Part shown: piece by piece, positions 13,301 to 23,042 of the stretch
How the letters are laid out: the number at the start of each line of letters is the position of its first letter
Numbering within the stretch: position 1 is the first letter of the stretch
Assembly: GCF_964355755.1 (NCBI RefSeq)
Contig: NC_092680.1
Span: forward strand, 6,262,001-6,326,000
Direction of reading: 5' to 3'
DNA length: 64,000 nt
From: Antedon mediterranea
Taxonomy: Eukaryota; Animalia; Echinodermata
The notes under the pieces: generated by a model
The model's database searches: none
The model's input: the letters and a program-made list of their open reading frames with translations, nothing else
What the model was told of the DNA's origin: nothing
Made by a program: the position numbers and the translations under genes

Positions 13301-13854
13301 CCAAATTGCTCTGAATTAGGTGTGCATTCAGATCTGAGTTGTATACGTCCATTTTATTCTTCAGGCTACGTACGTTTTGATAGTATACCTTAACTGAAGA
13401 TGTCTGAGTATTACCTGGACCTGGATTCGATTCAACATCGCCACTTAAAAGAATACAGAATGTAACAGTGGAATTAGAATAGAGCAAACGTGGTGCGCTG
13501 TAGATCTTCCTTGACGGTCTGCTGCTACGTTGGAATGCAACAACACTCGTAGTCGTACTGCTTTGACCGCATAGATACAAATTCCAACATTTACATACAA
13601 CGATGCTAGGAATGTTGCAGCTTACCGGCTCAGAGTATCCATCGACTGGCCTTAGCCATTGATTTCTGGATGAAAATCCCATATTAAAACTTGAAAAATA
13701 GAGGCCAAGAAATAAGTTCAAAATAAGTAGCGGCACACGTAGCCCGGTCGAACACATCATGTAGACTACAGTATGCCTACGTTGACTGGCCTAGTATCCA
13801 CACAATGGGTAGCCTAGCGGAGCTCGATATGAACACGTCCGCTCACAACGAGAA
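10390..13854 (-). mobile_element. CR1/L2-group non-LTR retrotransposon, apparently intact, single ORF
   Basis: Long intact ORF, short 3' UTR with stem-loop (about 10430-10470), and A-rich (AAAAT)n tail at 10390-10426 on the minus strand. No TSD found. Confidence 0.9.
10584..13760 (-). CDS. APE endonuclease-reverse transcriptase polyprotein (1058 aa) with 2A-like motif
   Basis: APE motifs YQNVRSL, LTETWL, GDFN, LDL, SDH. RT motifs NYRPISLL, DFSKAFD, GVPQGSILGPLLF, FADD. C-terminal RPHLEYC. LLSGDVESNPGP at aa 104-115. Confidence 0.95.
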   Translation of the reverse strand: MMCSTGLRVPLLILNLFLGLYFSSFNMGFSSRNQWLRPVDGYSEPVSCNIPSIVVCKCWNLYLCGQSSTTTSVVAFQRSSRPSRKIYSAPRLLYSNSTVTFCILLSGDVESNPGPGNTQTSSVKVYYQNVRSLKNKMDVYNSDLNAHLIQSNLDIVALTETWLNCNVLDSELSVSNYTLFRRDRDTDKRGGGILMLVNNKFTCNRVERLESDSTEFMWIEIQLKRRISLLVGLFYRPPNATPDVLRRFTSSVEIAMLYYKNSEFLILGDFNLPEINWSSNPYSAPAQSMGEHLLDVLLSSCGLFQCNTYCTRMDKMLDLVICSKNISDKVYTANDIFLSDHSSLRIDFRLNFDVKCSNDNLNRKSIIYNFKALDVNNLCNTLNCVPWSVLIDFEGDLNEALDMFYNLLNAAVNDTVPKIRKRRKLPPWFDNELRSALQLKEKYYRYLKKNNNRLAQSNFKFARASFKKMCNKKYKDYLDSLAKQIVTNSKRFWSWMKTKYKSNNLPSVMSHDNISFQSNYDKATTFNSYFHSFFSEPSPDVPRDYPGLPDYAVDNLSSLSVNQHSVEKALSNIDINKATGIDQISNVVLKGASSSLSYPLCKLFQLSINSGVFPSSWKHANIVPIHKSGPKKLICNYRPISLLPTMSKIFERIVHDGLSSHVANALSPRQHGFVSGRSCQTNLALLLATSYDAINSKKQCDVIYTDFSKAFDSVSHDLLIFKLSKFGLSGSLLSWFKSYLTNRQQRVVIGGETSDWLPVLSGVPQGSILGPLLFNLFINDLPLKFNHSESLLFADDLKLFKVITTPQDAFSLQEDLDGLVEWTEKWGIKLNANKCKYLSITLKKKPVLFNYNLSGHDLEMVYVWKDLGIFIDSKLNFCSHINHVLSKANRMMGLIWRNCRFMNDGRALLSLYKSIIRPHLEYCSAIFNSISPCQARRIDTVQRKFVRFLSYNCVNFAFSIDSVSNRRTISDMVFLYNILNSKYDCSLISLFSLNVPGRTRNRHLLHIPFSRVDCTKRGLFHRLPYTFNNLNSNHIDIFNDRLGYFKRTMMCSLLEQSA

Positions 13855-13857
13855 TTA

Positions 13858-14943
13858 GGCCCTGTTCAGACCCATGGCGTTAGACCGTTTTAGCGTACAA
13901 CGTTACTAGCAAGGTCACGTTACAAACCGCAGAGAAAAAAACGAGGTGTTCAGACCCATAGCGTACGATTATCGTTACAACGGAAGTACGTCATTCAGGT
14001 TGTTTCTAGTTGCATATTCATGTGCTCTTACACACGTGTTTTCATCATTATTTCCACTGTATACAGGCCTAGATCTCAGCCCTACAATTATGACAAAATT
14101 TGCCGTAAATAAAACATACCTCAGCATTTATTTAAGAAAAATATAGTAAAGCCAAATTTCTGTTTCTATTGTTTTTATTTTGTAGTAAAAAACATTTTCC
14201 CCAGGCTCTTGTGTTACGAAAATAAAGCAGGCCTCGTAATGATGAAGAAAAAAATGATTGTGATTAGTCTATCCAGTCCAGTCAAAGATTATATATTCTT
14301 TGGTCCAGTCGGTTGAAAATAACCCTTAACTTGCTAATAAAAGGGAAACAGCTCCCCTTGTTTGTTTACTGATTTTTTTAGGAGTTAGGGGGTTTTCAGC
14401 ATTAAACTTGTCCAGTCTAGTCTGCCTTGTATGAATGAGTGACTTGATGTCCCAGGCTAGTTTTTAGCTTGAATGAAATGCGTGAATGGCTCTAGGCCTA
14501 GTTAGGCCTAGCTAGGCCTAAAAGCGGATGGGATCGTAGTCCCTTTGTTTAAATACAAGGTGCATGTATTTATGTCATTTGTTAGAAAATATAATGGTAA
14601 TCAGTTGATAATAGTTTGTAGCCTTTGTAACAGTTGTATTTGTAGTGTAGTTAGGCCTTATTTATTCTGGCCTTTTTGTTATTGAAATCCATCTCGCACA
14701 TTGACGATACAAGATGTCAGCCTAGGTCAAACCTTGTTTCGCGTCATAACAGGAAACGTTCTGATTGGATACAACGTTGACTTACAGTAGCGTCGTACGC
14801 TAAAACGGTACTATCAACCGTTTTCCACTACAACGCTACAACCGTTGTACAACGCGTTGTACGCTAATCCCCAACTGTTCAGACACACATTCTTTTAGCG
14901 TCGTACGCTAAAACGGTCTAACGCCATGGGTCTGAACAGGGCC
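13858..14943. mobile_element. PIF/Harbinger-type MITE
   Basis: TIR GGCCCTGTTCAGACCCATGGCGTTAGACCGTTTTAGCGTAC and its reverse complement at the right end; TTA TSD at 13855-13857 and 14944-14946. Confidence 0.9.
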
Positions 14944-17710
14944 TTAGTATTAATATCATCATCATTTTAAATACTCTAGTAGCCTAAGGTATGTGGCACT
15001 GATTTTAAAATTTGAAGAAAAAAAATCAATGACACTATTTTGTTTTGTACGTGAAAATAATCAAATTGAATAGAATTTTTAAGTGGTGTTAATGGTAAAA
15101 TAATAATAATAATAATAATATAAAGGCACTGGACTAGATAAAGTAAAAACACAGCTTTTTTACAGTAGATTAATATGTTTTAGGCCTAGCGCATTAAATT
15201 ATTAACTTAAAGTTCAATGTAGTTAATCTAAATTGTATTGACATTTACTCATTTATGAAAAAGGATAACATTAATTTAAATGTATTAACATTACACAAAA
15301 TAAGTATTAACTATACTACTGTAATGTAATTGTAACTGACAAGTGACAAAATACATTCGACCATTATTATCCGTTGATAGCTTTAAACTGAATTAAAATT
15401 GACATAATTTGAAAGTATATAAACCTCAAGGGTGTTTACATACGGTACTCAATATAATTGATCCATGCCCCAGGATAGTATTGAATGAACCCAAATAACA
15501 ACAAAATGTCATGTTTTACTGAATATTGAACTGATTCTATGCACGAAGTGCATCCTTTAGAGACATCATAATGTTTCATATCCACCACGAATTACGTTTA
15601 ATGCTTTCAAAATTAATAAGGTTTATTAAATACAGGATATGGACTATTTGCGACAGTGAAGAAGAGTATCAATATATCTATATAACTAATACCTTTAAAC
15701 AGAAGACTTATACTTAGACGTATAATATTCCTTGAATAAATGTAATATCTTCTTTCGTTTTATTTGTATTTTCCACACTTGACTATCACACTCCTCTTCC
15801 TTTATCACAACATCCACTAGCCACTTATAGTGTTACGTAAGCACCGAGTTTGGCGAAAACATGTGTTTCATGTTTTCTTGTCGAACAACTCAAATTTGCA
15901 GCGGTTACGTCAAATTTACAATAGCACATTTTACTAGCCATGTCTTGGCTAATAACCGGAGGATGTCTATCCGGATGATGCCATGACTATCGTCTACCCA
16001 AAAAGACTTTATTTGAAAAAAAAGGGTCCACAAACTAGTTTGAAGATGTGCAATCAAAACATTCTGCAAACCAGTTATCTGCTGTTTGCCGAAGTGGTCT
16101 ACAACAGCAAACCTTTGCCAAACTTTGAGATTGCTCGAGCTTTCAAACTAATGTTTGCTCTTGTATATATGTTTATCTACACTAGCAAGATATCGTCCAT
16201 AAACTACTTTACACTAGAAAAACTTTGAGTTTGTTATTGTAGACCAGTTGACGAATACTGAAGAAAAAAGTTTCATAACTTAAGTCACTGATATACTACA
16301 CTCCAACAAGTTGATAAAGTTTGATAGTGTAGACTGGCTTTAAAACTAGTCTATACGTACTAGCAAACTGAGTTCTAAGGAAAATCAGTTTGCAGAGATT
16401 AGATCATGTGACTTTTAGACAAAATAGTTTGCTGATGTTTTTAAGGACTCAGTCAATCAAATCAAATCAAATCACAGAATTTGAAGTCACGTGGTCGTAG
16501 GCGAATAAAATATCTCCAGTAACCGGTAAAGTAATAAACTTCTAAAACAGTGGGAAAATGGAGTTTTTAAACAACGTTTTGGTAAAATTTGCTGAGTGGA
16601 CTATAAGTACACACTAGATTACTGAATAGAGACATTGTGTCCATAATATTGCAGGTAAGAATTCCCGTACGCTAAACAAATATACAAGAGCTATTCTACC
16701 TAACAAACATCAATGTTACGAAAGGCTGCATGACTTAACCATTGTGTGAAAATGTGCATTTTCCAAAATGTATAATTAAAGCCTTGCAAACTCGATTATT
16801 GTTTGGCGAAACAATGCGCAATATAATCATAATTAAGTCTACTAAAAAAAAGACAGCGTGGTGAGTGTATGTATCATTTTTGAGTATTTATGTTTGTCGT
16901 TTTTGTGTTCTAGTTTAATGTCAAGGCCTGCTCTGATTTTTATTTTCTATAATTGTGACGTCGCATACATAATCAGTTATAACACATGCGTTTGAAATTG
17001 ATAATGGAAGGTGTCTATTTATCCAATCTTCTTGGGAAACACATTCTATCGCAACAACAAAAGATTGAATTACAGTTTTTAATTATACGACGATGAAGGG
17101 TTCAATACTGCTACATTATGAGTGTAGAAAATTTGTCTTTGCTTCAAGCCCGATTGATTGTTTTCCAATTTTTAAAGATGCATTGTCCTTTGAAACACAA
17201 AAAAATGAAAGTCAAAATATTCTAAATTTAAATTGGCCATATCAAAGTAATATTAAAGTTATTCACTTTAAGTCAAAAATTTGTGCCAAAAACAACAATT
17301 TTACGTAATTAACAGGTAAATTAGTTTGATTACATTTCGTCTGGAACGAAAGTAAACAAAGATTTCAAACCAAGAGTATGCATTATGCATGATCCTAATT
17401 AGGATTGTTTACAACTCGTCACGGTTGAGAAGGTGTTTTCACACAGATCACGAGGAAGTTTTATGATTATGCATACAGAGTAGCCAAACAAGCGCGTTGC
17501 ATTATGAGATATGTTTTGATCGACAACTTTGACTGAAGTCACAGTTTTTTTTAAACTAAAAAACATCTGTATTTCAGTTAAATAATTTTTTTTTCGACTA
17601 ATTTTTGGGGAAAGTTAATAACTATTATGATACTTCAAAATGACCCACTTTTTTTCGAAATCTTCTAATTTTTATTTTTTTGGAATTTGACAAGGGAACA
17701 ATACATCTTT

Positions 17711-17857
17711 AAGCTTTGTCTACACTATCAACATTTACGTGATGTGCCCATATATGAACATGATGATATCACTACCATATTTGGGCATATCACTAACATA
17801 TTTAAGCACATCACACGTTTCTTGTCAAACTAGTTCGATAAGTGTAGACAGAGCTTT
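17711..17857. mobile_element. MITE family AGCT(C/T)TGTCTACACTATCAAA (Harbinger-like); further copies or fragments at ~53293-53425 plus 53690-53760, ~57026-57115, ~59502-59661
   Basis: TIR AGCTTTGTCTACACTATC / GAT(A)AGTGTAGACAGAGCT; shared interior CCATATATGGACATGATGATGTCATATCACTACCATATTTGGG. Confidence 0.8.
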
Positions 17858-19504
17858 ACATCTACTCAAGATAATTACAACAGGTTAAATATTCCTAATG
17901 GCCACATACCGGCCAATAATGTTGAATGTTCTACTTTTGTATGTATGTTGTTCTGTGTTTATTCAAGACTTTAGACGTTTAATCAAAATATGTAATGTGA
18001 AACTTCAGCTTTAGTACTTTTTAATTATTTGTTTGTTGTTAGTTACTTTTTTCTAAATATGTGATTGTACATCTACAAATATTTTTTGTCAGTGCCATGT
18101 GGAGTTTTAATGAATTGAAAATAAAACGGACCCTCTAGGCAATAATAAGTAAAGAAGATGGTCGGTAAAGTCGGTCAGTACATTTTAAACGTCTACATTT
18201 ACTTACAATAATAATAGCCCACTTTATTATTTTATCTAAATTCGAATAATACATTCCGTCAGAGAGAGAGAGAATGGACAAAATATTTCATTTCAAAACT
18301 AGTTTTCTTGATAAATTATTTAAAAATATCTTTCTTTATATCGCATAAAACGTAATTGTATCGTTTTATTATAATATAAACATAATAACCAATGGCATTT
18401 TATTAATTCAAAAATCAGCTTACTGTTTTATGCTCAACGAACATAACGTGTAAACACACGTTAATATAAAAGTCATAAAATGTGAATTTTAACTTAATAA
18501 AAATTAGGATCAGCAACAATTGTGAGGAATATCTCGATTTGCGACGACATTATATACCATTGTACCTACAACCCATGACTAGTTCTTCTAAAGTCATCCT
18601 ATATTGAACTCTCTCTACTACATGTTATACCATATACTGAACGGTTCCCAATGGCTTTGTGTACAAGGACGCTGGATTCTAAACTTTATGAAGAGAATAT
18701 ATGATTCGTATTAACAGTAATAAATGGTAGTCCTAACTATGAAGAACTAACAATATTTACATATTATATCTAACATTAAAATTCAAAACATTTATCAACG
18801 CAATTTTTTTATCGATTACATTTTTAAGAAAGAATGTTTAAAAGAAAATTGTTTCGAAGTATACAAACTTAAAAGTCTTAAACAAGACATATCGTTTTCC
18901 TAATACATTTCAATTACCAGCATGCCATTTGATATATGGATTTATTAATTAGTATCAAAGACGAAGTATTCTTGTTAAGTTAATATTTGCCAGAAAATAT
19001 TATGTTTAAGGAAATGTTATTAATGAATTAAAAGAAAGCTAATAACAGTTATAATTTTCATAAAGATAATTGATCTTGACCGAATTGTATGTTTCATTAT
19101 TAATTAATGTAACAGATACGACCCAAATCGTTGAAAGATGAAATAAGTAATTATTTTGCTACAAAATGGACCATGTGATCTTTCGAATAGGTAATAGAGT
19201 CTAGAAAAATGAAAACAAAAAATAGAAATGAAATAGTCTTACAAAACGGTGCTACATACAAATGTAAATAAATATCAAATATACACAAAATACAGTTTAG
19301 TTTCGAATGTATTATGCAAGAGAACGTTGAAGTCTGTAGTACTGTACATAGGTAGCATACAAACAAAATGGGATATAGCTCAAAGTGACGAGAGAGAACA
19401 TCCTAAAAAGTAACCGGTAAAATGAAGGTTGCGGTTGTATAGCGTCGCATTGATAAAGTCGAATACATTTCGAGATATACACGCTGTTTCTATTGTTATA
19501 TTTT

Positions 19505-19700
19505 TTTTATTCCTGTCCACCCAGGCAGCACTTGCCAACTCTTATGCTATAACTTTATCCAAATTCCCTCACTTGCACTGATGAAGGGCTAGTGTTGCAC
19601 GAAAGCTCTGCTAACTTTTCTCCATTGAGATCCAGCCACTGATACCCACAGCATTGTCATTTTTTTTCAGTAATTTGCCTTTGGATTTATATATATATAT
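19505..19700 (+). mobile_element. Penelope-like element repeat fragment with hammerhead ribozyme, ending in (TA)n
   Basis: Contains CTGATGA...GAAA core; second diverged copy on the minus strand at ~39467-39635, also ending in TATATA. Confidence 0.6.
19573..19614 (+). ncRNA. Minimal type I hammerhead ribozyme
   Basis: GCA-CTGATGA-A-GGGC tagtgtt GCAC-GAAA-GC-TC-TGC: short stem I GCA/TGC, stem II (GCCC in the second copy), palindromic AGCT stem III, predicted cleavage after C19608. Confidence 0.65.
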
Positions 19701-19726
19701 ATAAACAAATCAGGCAAAGAACATTA

Positions 19727-19798
19727 GCCCCAGTGGTTTAATGGTTAGGACATCTGCATATCAAGCAGGCGGTCCGAGTTCGAGTCTCGGTTGGGACG
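19727..19798 (+). tRNA. tRNA-Asp-derived sequence with ATC anticodon (pseudo-tRNA or SINE head)
   Basis: 72-nt cloverleaf: GCCCCAG/TTGGGAC (one mismatch), D arm GTTT/GGAC, anticodon arm TCTGC-ATATCAA-GCAGG, T arm CCGAG-TTCGAGT-CTCGG, discriminator G. TTTTT at 19801-19805; flanked by (TA)n on both sides. Confidence 0.6.
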
Positions 19799-22700
19799 AC
19801 TTTTTCTCATTCTCACAGATTTCCTCATCTTTATCGTTTCAAATTATATATATATATATAGGCTACCCTCCTGTTATTGGCGAATTTCTTTTGCTGTTGG
19901 TTGGTTGGGTTTGGAATTAAAATAAAATAAAATAAATAAAACAAATATATAGATCATCCATCGTAAAAAAATCATTTTTATTGATCAAAAGTTCCAATTC
20001 AAGAACGAAATCTATATAAAAATATAAAGAGTTAAAAAAAAATCATATATTTACATTCTTAAATTATGTTTTTGAACACATGAAGAATATGTGTAATTGT
20101 TTTAATGGTTCCTCGTAAAACATTGTTGAAAGTAATAAATAAACAAACCAGAAAAAATAACTAGGCTACTAGTAAAATTACAATGATTTGTTGAATAAAT
20201 ATTTTGTGAAATTTGATGATAAAAAAAAGTAACCAAGAAGACAGCAATACCGAAATCAATGTAACTAATGGAAATAAATACTCGAGCATTTCACTCAACA
20301 AACAACGCAAAAAATTACTACTTGTAAAAATAAAATGAAGATTTATTACCATGTTTATGAGTAATGTTTCTTCATTTTTACAAATTTGATAGAACAAACG
20401 AAACTGGGACAAATCTAATTGGAGTTGTATTGCTTTTATTTGAGTTTGTTCAATTGGTAATACTTGGCTGTATTTTCTTACCGACTTTTCCAATTACTTC
20501 ATGTTCTATATTTTGATGTAACCATGTTAATTACATACTAGAACACGTTATTACTTTCTAACCATAATTCTTTAAATTATACGTTGATAGTTAAACTTTA
20601 GTTAAAACAACTTTCACATTGACTTAATGTGTTCTAATTAACTTTCAGCCGAAGGGAATTTCTAAATGCCGACTTGTTTAAATTAGTAAAATTATTTGTC
20701 AAATATATTTAACTATATATTTATGAAAACTATAACGTATTACAAATAATTATTTTCTAGTGTATTAACTACTGAATGCTTATGATGATGAGTTGTGTTT
20801 TTACGTTGTCCAACCCAAATCCAAATCTAACTCATCTGGGGTAGTCGTCCATGGATTAGTTGTCTGAGAGACTATCAAAATAAATATTTAGTTATCTTGT
20901 GTAATTTAAACAAGCATATCGTGACGTAAATAATGTCATACCAGTTTTAAATAACATTGGCCTAATGTATCGTATTGCAACGTTGTTCTATTTGGGATAT
21001 GTACCATAACCAGTCAAGAAAATAAACATAGAAAGGCCATCACTGAATGAGTAAAGAAAGAAAACAAATATTTACAATACAAGGGCGTCACTCATTGATA
21101 TGAACGTATGACAGAGATATCGTGTATTAAAAGTACTTAATACAGCTAGAACCTTTTCTATATGACGTGCAATAGTCTATTAGACTCTATCTAGTGACAG
21201 CTACAGAATCGGGCGTATATTTTATGTATTTCTTATATCTAGACCTTATTATCTATAATAGAAATAAAGAATATAATATTACACATTTTATAATGTATCT
21301 TTGATATTGATCAAGATTTTCTAATAATTAGACATTCTTGTTACGATTATTGTATATTCGGTATACGAATTAGAACAATACAGATGAATTTGTAATTAAT
21401 TATTAATACCATTTGAAATATAGAATTGCATTGATTGGTTAATGGCAGTCGCATCAGGCGAGGCAACAATATTAATGGCGTTATTAATAGTCGGGGTTAT
21501 AACATTTTCTTTTGTTTTTCATAACGATATTAAAAGGTTAAATGTATTATCCTTTTAAAAAAATTAATGTTCTGGTATTTTACAGTAGTACAAAACATTC
21601 AGTTAATTTCCACAATTAAAAAAAAACATAATACAGTATATTACAAATTTTATATGTATCTTTGTTATTGTAACCATCAAGATTTTCGAATAACTAGAAA
21701 TTCTTGATGGTTATAATTGTATATTCAGGTATACGAATTAGAACAATACAGATGAATTTGTTGTTGGTATTATACCATTGTTATTGGTACATTGGTTGTA
21801 CTGTACATCATACTCTAATACTATTTACTAGACATGTAAATTATGTTGATCCTGCCATCCGTTACTTATCCAGTGTGATTGAAAACATCAAAGCTACAGG
21901 ACAACTACGGTTAGGCTTTTAATCAATTATTTGTTGTGTAACCCCTCAAACAGTCCATTACTTTATGAGAAACGTCTTGAACGCTATTCATTGAAATAAT
22001 ACTTAATAGATTAAGGGAATTAAATGCACTTGTATTTTCAACCTCAGTAAATCTTAATGTTTACATTTGATATAATATCATCCGGCCTATTGAAATGCTG
22101 ACAATCGGCAGGTGATATTAAACAGGAAAAAATAACTTTAGTCTAAAGGCACAATTATAGACGAAAATATTTGTGGATATCTATTAGAATTAAATTATTT
22201 TGAGTAGTCGGTAATAGAAGTAGTCAAAAAAACAATTTTTCAGTTCCAGTAAAAAATATCTACAAGCATTTTTAATACTATGCCATAATACGAGCACATG
22301 TTTTAATTGGCGAATGTTATGTCTTTCCTATAGTGAAAACAGCGTATTAATTTAAATTTTTAATTATAATTACAATAGGTAAAATAACGTGGCAATGATT
22401 TCTAACAAAAATTTGAACTTTCAACGTTTGCTTTTTAAATCTGAGTGGTATTTAATTATCTATTCCATACGCCATTATGACTTTTATTATTACATTAAAT
22501 ATTCTGTAGTAATTTTATGTTTTTTAACATAAACACAATTATGAACACCACATACATGGGAGGGGGCACCCACCGTACTGACCAAGTGGGAAGGAAATCC
22601 GAATTGTCGTCTGCAATTAGCAGCGTTTAATTAAATGTTTCCAGAACAAAGAAAGAATAACCTCTTTTTGACATTTGAACCTAATTTCTGTAACACCCTG

Positions 22701-22902
22701 AAGACACGGTATCATAACAATAAATATGTGTAAATGAGAAGACTGTATATTATTTGTGGGACAATTATATTTTCACCATATTGACCTCTATGTGACCTCT
22801 GACCCAAAATCATGAACACCACATATGGGAGAGGATACCATGCAGTCATACGAATCAAAGAAACGAAATTGACAGCCGAAGCTTAATGGGTAATATTAAA
22901 AT

Positions 22903-23042
22903 AAAAAAGGCCATACATATGGCTGCAGTCGCGTGCTCAAGTTAGTGTTTACTGACCGACCTACCGACCGACCAACCAACCGACCGACCGACCAACCAAC
23001 CGACCTAGTGAGCTGTAGAGTCACATTGCACGCGACTAAAAA
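22903..23042 (-). mobile_element. Helentron/DINE-1-like short element (HINE)
   Basis: TTTTTAGTCGCGTGC 5' subTIR with short inverted repeat, (GGTC/GGTT)n microsatellite, 3' subTIR GCACGCGACT, small GCCAT..ATGGC hairpin and T-run. Confidence 0.75.
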
